Source: Candidatus Krumholzibacteriota bacterium (GTDB taxonomy: Bacteria > Krumholzibacteriota > Krumholzibacteriia > Krumholzibacteriales > WJIX01). From it: DNA of 64,000 bases. A program made the translations under genes and the position numbers. The notes beneath the pieces were generated by a model, which saw only the letters and a program-made list of their open reading frames with translations, did no database searches and was not told the DNA's origin. Location of the stretch: positions 6,859 through 70,858 of the forward strand of contig JAXHNR010000002.1 of assembly GCA_034520215.1 (NCBI GenBank), in the 5' to 3' direction. Shown here piece by piece: positions 56,801 through 64,000 of the stretch (the first letter of the stretch is position 1; every line of letters begins with the position of its first letter).

Positions 56801-57144
56801 TCCACAACCAGATCCCCGGAAGGGTGGTATGTGAGCCTTTTCGGCGTTCCCCCCAACGCGGGAATCGTGTAAACATCAGAATTTCCGTCATACGAACCTG
56901 TAAAAGCTATGCTTTCCCCGTCAGGTGAAAATTTGGCCATTCCTTCACCGGAAATATGTGAAGTCAAATGTCTGGCGAGCCCGCCTTCCGAGGATACAGT
57001 CCATAAATCTCCTCCGTAAGTAAACACTATCATATCCCCGTGTATATCAGGATACCGCATAAGGCGGCTGCTTTCTTCGGCTATCGAAGGAACAGCCGCC
57101 ATAAGAACAAGTATGACGACAAAAGATACCAGTCTCTTGCTCAT
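53872..57144 (-). CDS. Tricorn protease homolog (beta-propellers, PDZ, S41 peptidase core)
   Basis: Signal peptide, then RYPDIHGDMIVFTYGGDLWTV...FSPDG..IAF...DVYTIPALGG, the typical tricorn N-terminus. 1090 aa. C-terminal S41-like region (GSGGDAFPYFFR). Confidence 0.85.
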   Translation of the reverse strand: MSKRLVSFVVILVLMAAVPSIAEESSRLMRYPDIHGDMIVFTYGGDLWTVSSEGGLARHLTSHISGEGMAKFSPDGESIAFTGSYDGNSDVYTIPALGGTPKRLTYHPSGDLVVDWHPSGEKVLLRSSRVSKTNPGPRYNRLFTISSDGGYPETLPLFEGELTSYSPDGKKIAYNRMSREFRTWKRYRGGMAQDIWLYDLEKNKSEKLTKFEGTDAFPMWYEDRIYFVSDREHTMNIYCMDRASGQIRKITDHKEYDVKWPSLGDGAIVYENAGYIHVLDLETEKTKRISINVPAELTMKRPHYVNAAKMVRSFGISGEGKRAAFGARGDIFTVPAEKGEPRNLTATSGTRERCPAFSPDGKWVAYFSDKTGEYEIYIEKPDGTGKTERITNKLRNYPFDLLWSPDSEKLLLHDQSYKLYYVDIDKKELHEIAEDDWGDINDYSWSKDGKWVTYVKRGDNGYGSIYVYSIDKGKSYKLTGDFYNDYDPVFGSDGKYLFFLSDRMLNFRFGDKEFNYSFVFPSNLCAMTLKKDTPSLLAPESDEVEIKKEEDKGDDKEKEEEDKDKDKEDKEKSIEIDFEGIRNRIVGLPVGRGNFVGLTATDGKIFFVEVPDIVINAQSVRSMASVELKYYDIKEREVESVISGINGYELSSDGKKIIYSAMGTFGIIDASPGQSIIEGVLDTDLQMKVSPAREWKQIFDEAWRMERDFFYVENMHGVDWEDIKEKYEVMLPALTSRDDLNYVIGEMIGELCIGHAYVGGGDMPRGDKVGVGLLGVDYKIDHKSGRYRFEKIYPGRNWDEDYKAPLNQPGVDIEEGDYLLAVNGRELEYPDNPHRMLENLAGKQVVLKIADNPDGKDSEEYTVVPSSSDIALRYANWVKSNREKTLEASDGDIGYLHVPNTSTGGLQEFARGFYSQTNKKGLVIDVRYNSGGWIPTVFIERLGRKITSMWAQRYGKPGKFPGTAPEGHMACLINQYAGSGGDAFPYFFRQAGLGPLIGKRTWGGLVGMNRHVPLIDGGMVTVPTIGFYEMSGDWGIENVGVKPDIEVENRPDLVVDGRDPQLERAIEYLKEKIEEDKPELPEKPGAPDKS

Positions 57145-57463
57145 ACAAAACTCCTTTCATATTTGAGGGAAACGCCCTCCGGAATAACCTCGGATCCGGC
57201 CCGCTTTTCCTCACCAAAACAAACAATTCAGTATAATAAAAATACGGCAGATAAAAATTCTATACATATATACTACTCATAAACTTGAAAATTGTTTCAC
57301 ACAAATTTATTAATTTTTGCATTTTAATTAAACCTGAGAGCCTGAATCCAGACCCCAGAGCCGCGGCTTAGAGCTAAAACCTGTCTCACTTATCCCGCTG
57401 AAAAAAATTAAGCTGCTATTATTTAAAAGGTAAAACATTACAAATATTCAGTAAATAAAGAAA

Positions 57464-57498
57464 ATGAGAAATAATTGTCGCATTATTTCTCATTTTTT
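57464..57498 (+). terminator. Terminator-like hairpin plus T5 in the 5' leader of the MFS gene (possible attenuator)
   Basis: ATGAGAAATAAT-tgtcgc-ATTATTTCTCAT is a perfect 12-bp stem followed by TTTTT. It ends 44 nt before the ATG at 57542, and there is no upstream plus-strand gene to terminate. Confidence 0.5.
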
Positions 57499-57541
57499 CG
57501 TAACTTATAAAAAATTCTGCTTTAACCTGAAAGGAGCCGAG

Positions 57542-58591
57542 ATGACGGAAGAGATGAAGAAAACCCTTAAAGATTCAACCCTTATGCGCTGGGTTATTCT
57601 GTTTATGGTGAGCGCGCTCATGTTCGCCACCTACTGGTTTCAGGATTTCTATTCAGGACTGAAACCGTTGATGGAGAGCCAGCTGGGTATTACATCGAGC
57701 CAGTTTGCCACCATGATCAGTTTTACTACCATCGCCAACCTGCTTGGTATGATTATACTCGGGGGCATTATTCTCGACCGCTGGGGAATCAAACTGACAA
57801 CGGTAGTTTTCGGTTCGGTTGCAGCTCTTGGCGGCATTATCAGTGCGCTGGGCGCAAATGATGTCATTTCCAGCGATCCTGGTACCCGTCTTGTGATCTT
57901 GACCATCGGAAGGCTTGTCTTCGGCATCGGGCTTGAAATCACCTGTGTGCTCATTACCCGAACCATTGTCAAGTGGTTCAAGGGATATGAACTCGCTTTG
58001 GCCATGGCTATTAACATGGGTATCGGACGTCTCGGTTCCGCCATTGGAACGGCTATTTCACCGGAAATCGGCAACGGTTATGTGCCGGCGGCAGTGACAC
58101 TTGCCGCAACCCTTATCGGTGTCGGATTCATCTTGATGCTCATCTACCTTATCTTTGACATGAGAATCGACAAACAGCTGGCTGCGCGCAACAAAGAAGC
58201 AGGTATTGTGGAAGAGGAAGAGCCGTTCCGTTTCGATGATCTGAAGAAGCTGTTTACCAACAAATCATTCCTGCTTATTGCCGGACTCTGTGTTGCCTTT
58301 TATTCGGCGGTCTTTCCCTTTATGCAGTACGCTCCCGACCTGCTGATAAACGAGTACGGATTCAGCTACAAGCTGGAGTATAACAGTAACGAAGAACTCA
58401 GACAAAAGATCAGTGAAGGCGCCGAAGACTCTGAGCTCTATCAGAATGTACTCGATAAACGGCAGGAAAGAATCGCTTTGCAGAAAAAAGCCTCCACGCT
58501 CTTTGCCGAACTGAAAATCAGCTCTACTCTGTCAACGGCAGCGAGGGCGCGATGCTGGAAGTCGACCCTGTCACCCTGGTTAAAAAGTTGA
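57542..58591 (+). CDS. MFS transporter, N-terminal part (TM1-7 plus the start of a long hydrophilic insert); frame ends prematurely
   Basis: GGAG RBS. MFS motifs (LDRWGIK, GRLVFGIGLE). The ORF overlaps the next ORF by 40 nt in a different frame. Confidence 0.75.
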   Translation: MTEEMKKTLKDSTLMRWVILFMVSALMFATYWFQDFYSGLKPLMESQLGITSSQFATMISFTTIANLLGMIILGGIILDRWGIKLTTVVFGSVAALGGIISALGANDVISSDPGTRLVILTIGRLVFGIGLEITCVLITRTIVKWFKGYELALAMAINMGIGRLGSAIGTAISPEIGNGYVPAAVTLAATLIGVGFILMLIYLIFDMRIDKQLAARNKEAGIVEEEEPFRFDDLKKLFTNKSFLLIAGLCVAFYSAVFPFMQYAPDLLINEYGFSYKLEYNSNEELRQKISEGAEDSELYQNVLDKRQERIALQKKASTLFAELKISSTLSTAARARCWKSTLSPWLKS

Positions 58592-59481
58592 GTCCGGATC
58601 AGCTGGTTGAGCTTCAAGGCATGGTCACTCAGGTAAAGGTTAATCAGGATAATTATAAGAAAATCGATGATGAGCTGGCTGCTCTCGAAGAGAATCTTGC
58701 CGGCGGTTCGACCATGACAAATGTGATGATTTTTCTGCTGCTTTTTGTTTTCGGCCTGCTCTTTCCATTGCTGCCGTCAAATATCAAGAGCAAAAAGGGC
58801 AAGGCGCTGGCCCTTGGTGTTCTTTCGGTGCTTTTTGTTTACTTTATCTATTCCTACCTGGACGTGTTCGGCCTCTGGATTGTGAACGGGCCCAAAGCAG
58901 CAGCATTTCTGCCCATGGGCACAATTCTCTTTACCCCGATTTTCGGCCGGTTGGTTGATAAAAAGGGCAAGGCAGTATCTGTGATGCTGATTGGATCGGC
59001 ACTGCTGATCTTTTCCCACTTTACCTTTGCCTTTATTGACAGTACCGCGCTTTGCTATGTAAGTCTTTTCAGCCTCGGCATCGCCTTTTCACTTGTACCT
59101 GCCGCGATGTGGCCTTCGGTTGCCAAGATCGTTCCGGAAAGACGGCTCGGTTCTGCCTATGCCGGTATGTTTACCATCCAGAACTACGGACTCTTTATCT
59201 TCTTTAAGGGTATCGGAACAGTTTTGGACAAGGTTAATCCCAAGGTTGTTGAATCGACCCAGACCATCCGCTCGGTCATGAAGAGTGTGGGTGTTCCAAA
59301 CGGGCAAATCAGCGATAATATTCAGTATCTGCGCGACGTGGGCCAGATTCAGCCCTATAATTACACAATACCCGTAACCCTGTTTATTGCATGCGGCGTG
59401 ATTGCCATTTTTCTGGCACTGCAGCTGAAAAAGACATCAAAAGAGATGGGCTACGATCTTGAAAAACCTACAAATTCATAG
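58552..59481 (+). CDS. MFS transporter, C-terminal part (rest of the insert plus TM8-12)
   Basis: The frame is open from 58459. The sequence reads through as ...LFAELK(N)QLYSVNGSEGAMLEVDP... if one A is added to the A4 run at 58514-58517. GRLVDKKGK second-half motif. Confidence 0.75.
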   Translation: MLEVDPVTLVKKLSPDQLVELQGMVTQVKVNQDNYKKIDDELAALEENLAGGSTMTNVMIFLLLFVFGLLFPLLPSNIKSKKGKALALGVLSVLFVYFIYSYLDVFGLWIVNGPKAAAFLPMGTILFTPIFGRLVDKKGKAVSVMLIGSALLIFSHFTFAFIDSTALCYVSLFSLGIAFSLVPAAMWPSVAKIVPERRLGSAYAGMFTIQNYGLFIFFKGIGTVLDKVNPKVVESTQTIRSVMKSVGVPNGQISDNIQYLRDVGQIQPYNYTIPVTLFIACGVIAIFLALQLKKTSKEMGYDLEKPTNS

Positions 59482-59602
59482 ATTGTAAGTGTCAAAATGG
59501 TCGGTTTTCTGGGAGTGTTCATTCGAGTGAACACTCCCTTTTCAGTTGATGCCTGCCGCGGGATCCGCGCTCGATGAAGTATGGAGTAAATAAGGGGATA
59601 AA

Positions 59603-61906
59603 CTATTTTTTAAAGGCGCGCGGAGCAAATGATCCGCCTTTATCCATTAACGCCATACGCTCGAAGTAGTGTTCCATTCCGGAAATAATTCTTATTCCAA
59701 TTTTGCCGTCCCTGTCCACAAAAGCCGCGGCGGCTTTTCCGTCCGGCCGCCACGCGGGATTTCCTTCACTCATGTCAGAACCCGCGAGCTGAAGAACGTG
59801 TTCGCCGTCGGAGCTTATAAGACATATATTAGTACTCCCCCAGCTGCTTCTTGTCATCATCAGGTATCTGCCGTCAGGACTCCAGGCGGGAAGATAAAGT
59901 GCATCCCCGGCTATCTCAACAAGCTTCATGCCGCTCGAGGATCGGTCATATACAATCAAACCTTTCCCCTTTCGTATCCATGCGAGCCGCTCGCCGCCGG
60001 GCGAAATAACAGGGTAGCCGTTAACCCCGCTTCTTGTGATACGGGTCAATTCCCCGCTTCCGAGATCCTTTATCCAGATATCACTTCCCTTAGCCCTTGT
60101 CGAGACAAAAGCGATTTCCTTACCGTCCTTCGACCAGAACGGATGCATATCAACGGCCCTGTGTGAAGTGACACGCTCCATTCCCCCTGTCAGATGACAT
60201 ATATAGATATCGACGTTATCCCCATGCTTTAAGGAACAGATTATACTCTTCGAGTCCGGCGACCAGGAAAAAGGCCCTTGAAGGGTTTCCAGTTTTATCG
60301 CGGGGTTAATTCGAGCGCCCTTCGGCGAAATAAAGCAGATTTCAGAGCGGCCGTAACGGTCAGTTTTCCGGTAAGCGATTTTTTCTCCGTCCGGCGACCA
60401 AGTCAATCCATATAATTTCTGCCCGGTTGACTCGATAATTTCCTGTCTTACAAGAGGTTCGTATTCCGGGTTTCTTTTATACAAAGCTAATAACCCCGGT
60501 TTGAAATAACCCTGGGAGTATCGGAATTCACCCTTTATAAGAGCCCCGTCGTATAAAAATGCCCTCAGAGCCGGTCTTAACTCGTGAATCAGTTTTTTAT
60601 GACACACAAGATATTCGACATTTTCATCTATAAGATAATCCATAACTTTATTGTACTTCGCCACTGGAATCTCAACATATATCCCTCCGCCGTAAAAGGC
60701 CAGATACGGTTTCCTGTCCGCGATTTTATCCCCCGGCCTGACATACTCTCTGAAATGGCGGCCCGTATCTTTCGCCCATTTAAAGCCCTTTGCCACCGGT
60801 TCTGTCAGCTGATCTCTGTTAATCACAAGACCTGAAAGAAAGGAAATAGAGAGCAGTGTATATACCGCTATTTTGAATCTGTGTTTTCTGACAGTTGAAA
60901 GGCCGATCACGGCATATATAGTAATGGCCGGGATATATGGAAAAACGAGCCTCGTTTCTCTTCTTACCGTAAATAACGGATAAATCAGAAAGGGAACGAA
61001 TGAGGCGATAAGGAACCCCCGCTCGCGATAAATCCCGTAAAGAGCCAGTAAAAAAAGTATTACAGTAACGTGACCTATTAACAGACGGAATTCCCCGGGG
61101 ACAGTTTCAATATAATCTGTGATAAGGTTTTTTTCTCCTCCATCTTCGGCTCTCTCCCTGAGAAAGGTCTCCTTCTCCTCTGAATCAAGCCAGTTTTCAC
61201 GTCCTTTCCAGGTCTTCGCGTGAGTACCGAAGAATTTTGTTTTCGAAATAAGAACCGGCTTCCCGGCGATTCGGGATTGAATGGCGACATTAACAGAATA
61301 TACTATAGAAAACCCCGCTAGAAGCAAAAGCAGCCGTTTCAAGCGCCTCATCCTGAACAAAGCCAGAACGCCCAAAACCCCGAGAGCCTCCGGCCTGGTT
61401 ACGGCAGCTAACCCCAGCAGTCCCCCCGAAGCTAAGTCCTTCCTCCTGGCGAAAAAAAGAAGACCGGTAAAAAGCCAGAAAACATATAGGCTTTCCGACA
61501 TTGTTATCATCGACATCCTGAGCGCCAGCGGAGAGAAAATAACCAGAAAAGCCGCGAGAATGGCTTCTGTTTTCCTCACATACTCCCGGGCCAGTTTATA
61601 TACAACAACTGAAAGCCCAATCCCGGCTAACATCGAAACTATCCTGGCGGCGAGAACGCCGTCTTTAAGTAACGGGATAAGTGCTGCAATCAGAGCGGGG
61701 TACCCTATAGGAAAAGGGCTTGGAGGGAATGATTCGCCGAGTATAGACCTGGCGTCATGTATATAATAGGTCCCGTCATAGGTGACCATGTCAAAGAAGT
61801 TAAAAAAGGGTATTCTGATAAGAATGCCCACTACTATCAATATCAGATAGATGTTTCGTTCTCTTAGATACGGGCTTTCAACTGTTTTATCGTAACTCTC
61901 CGGCAT
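59603..61906 (-). CDS. Fusion of a GT39/ArnT-like (PMT_2) membrane glycosyltransferase with a C-terminal TolB-like PD40 beta-propeller
   Basis: About 10 TM segments with an early loop (MVTYDGTYYIHDARS). The C-terminus has at least 6 PD40 repeats (WSPDGEKIAY, WSPDSKSIIC, WSKDGKEIAF, ISPGGERLAW, WSPDGRYLMM, WRPDGKAAAA). Confidence 0.7.
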   Translation of the reverse strand: MPESYDKTVESPYLRERNIYLILIVVGILIRIPFFNFFDMVTYDGTYYIHDARSILGESFPPSPFPIGYPALIAALIPLLKDGVLAARIVSMLAGIGLSVVVYKLAREYVRKTEAILAAFLVIFSPLALRMSMITMSESLYVFWLFTGLLFFARRKDLASGGLLGLAAVTRPEALGVLGVLALFRMRRLKRLLLLLAGFSIVYSVNVAIQSRIAGKPVLISKTKFFGTHAKTWKGRENWLDSEEKETFLRERAEDGGEKNLITDYIETVPGEFRLLIGHVTVILFLLALYGIYRERGFLIASFVPFLIYPLFTVRRETRLVFPYIPAITIYAVIGLSTVRKHRFKIAVYTLLSISFLSGLVINRDQLTEPVAKGFKWAKDTGRHFREYVRPGDKIADRKPYLAFYGGGIYVEIPVAKYNKVMDYLIDENVEYLVCHKKLIHELRPALRAFLYDGALIKGEFRYSQGYFKPGLLALYKRNPEYEPLVRQEIIESTGQKLYGLTWSPDGEKIAYRKTDRYGRSEICFISPKGARINPAIKLETLQGPFSWSPDSKSIICSLKHGDNVDIYICHLTGGMERVTSHRAVDMHPFWSKDGKEIAFVSTRAKGSDIWIKDLGSGELTRITRSGVNGYPVISPGGERLAWIRKGKGLIVYDRSSSGMKLVEIAGDALYLPAWSPDGRYLMMTRSSWGSTNICLISSDGEHVLQLAGSDMSEGNPAWRPDGKAAAAFVDRDGKIGIRIISGMEHYFERMALMDKGGSFAPRAFKK

Positions 61907-61981
61907 TTTTCTTTGCCCTTGTAAACTTAATATTCACCCTCATTGTTATAATAATACTCCATTTACTATGGTGCCGCGAAT

Positions 61982-62866
61982 TTAGAATGTTAACCCGGCC
62001 GCGCATCTATCCGAATCTCTTGTTATAACACCGCGCTTTACAGAGAAAAGCCTGTCCGCGGAAGCTATTCTGCCCATAATTTCGAGCGAAAGATTAAGGT
62101 AGTCCTCCATACCGTAACTTCTCGGACGGTGACTGAATATATCCTTTCCGTAACGCGGCGATTCAGCCAGGGCAATATTCTCCCGTATCACAGTATCAAG
62201 AAGCAAAGCGCCGTAGTGTTCCTTCAAGCTTTCCAGAACGGCGCGGTTCAACACTTTTCTGCCGTCAAAACGAGTAGCTATCAACCCGCCTATAACCAGG
62301 TTCGTGTTCAACTCCGTCATAACAGATTCTATTCTTAATATCAGATTTTCCAGACTCTTAAGTGCAAGGTGCTCCGTCTGAAGCGGTATAAATACCCTTT
62401 TGGAAGCTGCCAGGGCGTTGGTTGAAACTAATCCCAGACTTGGAGAGCAGTCGAAGAGAATGTAGTCATAATCTTCGCTTACTCCGGAAATTGCTTTTCT
62501 GAGTAAATACTCCCTGTCTACTTTGTTTGCCAAAACTGCCTCGCCCCGTTCTAAGTCGAGGCTTGAAGGAATAACCGAAAGAGACAAACGCGAAATATTA
62601 CCTTCTATGGATATACGCGCTCTTAGCGGCCGGGTGATTATCGCTTCACGCGCATGAGCTTTTCCGCTCATTACATCGTATATTGTTTTATTTATTTCGT
62701 GTGTTTCGATACCTAAAAAAGTTGTAAGATGACTTTGGGGATCAAGGTCTACGATAAGAACCCTTTTCCCCAGTATCGTTAATCCCGCCCCCACATTAGC
62801 AACCGACGTTGTTTTACCGACACCGCCTTTTTGGTTGAGAAATGCTGCGGTTTCTGACTGATGCAT
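61982..62866 (-). CDS. parA: ParA/Soj-family ATPase (deviant Walker A)
   Basis: NQKGGVGKTTSVANVGAGL...VLIVDLDPQ. A C-terminal extension of about 40 aa. No parB-like gene adjacent. Confidence 0.85.
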   Translation of the reverse strand: MHQSETAAFLNQKGGVGKTTSVANVGAGLTILGKRVLIVDLDPQSHLTTFLGIETHEINKTIYDVMSGKAHAREAIITRPLRARISIEGNISRLSLSVIPSSLDLERGEAVLANKVDREYLLRKAISGVSEDYDYILFDCSPSLGLVSTNALAASKRVFIPLQTEHLALKSLENLILRIESVMTELNTNLVIGGLIATRFDGRKVLNRAVLESLKEHYGALLLDTVIRENIALAESPRYGKDIFSHRPRSYGMEDYLNLSLEIMGRIASADRLFSVKRGVITRDSDRCAAGLTF

Positions 62867-63053
62867 GTTACCTCCCTGGTGAAATTGGCAGTTCAAGGAT
62901 CAGTTGACAATCATTCTAAAAGCACTCTCAGAGTGCTTGAAAACTAAAAGTTGGAACCGGAGAAATTAAAATCTCAGCTTCCAACAGATTACAGATTATA
63001 TATTCTCTCTTAAATCGGCAGTTATTTCAATATTTTTTCTGCTGGGGTTTCAC

Positions 63054-64000
63054 TTATTCCTGACGCTTCCCTTTATCCCGGTCACTTATCACCTTATCAA
63101 TCTCCCGAAGAAGGGCGTCTAAATAATTTCCCCTTAACACCTTTTGTTTCTTTCCCTTAGCAAAAAGCACCGCTCCGCCGGCAGTACCCGCTATACCAAC
63201 ATCCGCCTCTTTCGCCTCTCCGGGGCCGTTAACCTCACACCCCATCACAGCTACAGTTATCGGGCCCCGCCTCGAAAGCATCTCTCTTTCCAGAAGGTTC
63301 GCTATCTTTAAAACATCCAGATGTGCCCTTCCGCATGTTGGGCAGGATATTACCTCAGAGGCATCCTCCCTGAGCCGAAGAGAGGAAAGCAGAGCCGAAG
63401 CTACGATTACTTCATTTACCGGGTCACCCGAAAGAGAAACTCTCAAAGTATCTCCTATACCTTCAGAGAGAAGCAGAGTCAGCGAAACAGTCGATCTTGT
63501 AGCCCCGCTTAGAACAGGTCCCGCTTCAGTGACTCCTATATGAATGGGGTAGTCGCAAGCTGAAGCAAAGAGTCTGTTCGCGTCGACATTAATCGCCGGA
63601 TCTGAGGATTTTATACTGAAAAGCAGGTTTTCAAATCCGATGCTTTCCATCATTTCAAGAGACCCGGCCGCGCTTTCAAACAAAGCCCTTGCCGGATCTG
63701 TCCTGTAGAGGGACAACAGGTTTTTCTGCAGACTCCCGGAATTAACCCCCACTCTTATAGGAATTCCGGAATCTTCCGCGGCGCGGGCTACTTCTCTTAC
63801 TTTCTCTCTTCCCCCTATATTTCCTGGATTGATCCTCAGCCCGGCAACCCCCTTCCCGGCGGACCGCACGGCAAGCTTGAAATCAAAATGAATATCGGCA
63901 ATAACCGGAATGGGGCTTTGTTTACATATATCCCCTATAACCTCTATGTCGTCCTGATCTTTAACAGACACCCGTGCAATCTCGCATCCAGCTGAGGCAA
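63054..64000 (-). CDS. ispG: 4-hydroxy-3-methylbut-2-enyl diphosphate synthase IspG (N-terminus outside the window)
   Basis: AGCEIARVSV..., IPVIADIHFD, LRINPGNIG, RVGVNSGSL, SCPTCGR, VMGCEVNGPGEA. The frame is open to nt 64000. Confidence 0.9.
   Translation of the reverse strand, partial: ASAGCEIARVSVKDQDDIEVIGDICKQSPIPVIADIHFDFKLAVRSAGKGVAGLRINPGNIGGREKVREVARAAEDSGIPIRVGVNSGSLQKNLLSLYRTDPARALFESAAGSLEMMESIGFENLLFSIKSSDPAINVDANRLFASACDYPIHIGVTEAGPVLSGATRSTVSLTLLLSEGIGDTLRVSLSGDPVNEVIVASALLSSLRLREDASEVISCPTCGRAHLDVLKIANLLEREMLSRRGPITVAVMGCEVNGPGEAKEADVGIAGTAGGAVLFAKGKKQKVLRGNYLDALLREIDKVISDRDKGKRQE

Overview
This is a 64-kb window from a bacterial, probably metagenome-derived, genome. It has AT-rich to moderate-GC 'host' genes with secreted beta-propeller and beta-helix proteins carrying T9SS/FlgD-Ig-like C-terminal domains. 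The host backbone comprises: a 5'-truncated CheR-PAS-histidine kinase plus response regulator; trkA-trkH; an SLC13-type transporter; Rrf2/YezD; a 14-repeat LVIVD protein; a four-gene eanB-eanA(egtD)-sufS-sufE operon (anaerobic ergothioneine route plus its own sulfur mobilisation); a PbH1/NosD-like beta-helix protein; tmRNA (tag ANDNLALAA); an S9 peptidase; a tricorn-like protease; a frameshifted MFS transporter; a GT39-TolB fusion; parA; and ispG (3' partial). Between trkH (6.45 kb) and about 32.1 kb lies a visibly GC-richer, mosaic and partly decayed arsenic/metalloid and thiol-redox island. It holds three ArsR regulators, ACR3, ArsC, an ArsP-like permease plus a deleted copy, three MTH895-type thioredoxins, two DsbD_2/ArsG-like membrane proteins, and an arsEFG-like trio. 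It also holds a TolC-MFP-RND efflux operon whose MFP and RND genes are riddled with frameshifts, a pncA-pncB-macrodomain operon, gene remnants (ABC, arsC), and IS debris (IS256, IS91, and an IS4-like element carrying a nested IS3 with a 3-bp AAT target duplication). The most unusual signal is a 100-codon minus-strand ORF (20899-21201) that is intact except for two adjacent in-frame TGA codons where related small redox proteins carry a CC or C-Sec motif, making it a candidate tandem-selenocysteine (UU) protein. No CRISPR array, rRNA or tRNA gene was seen. All family assignments come from motif recognition by eye; no searches were run.
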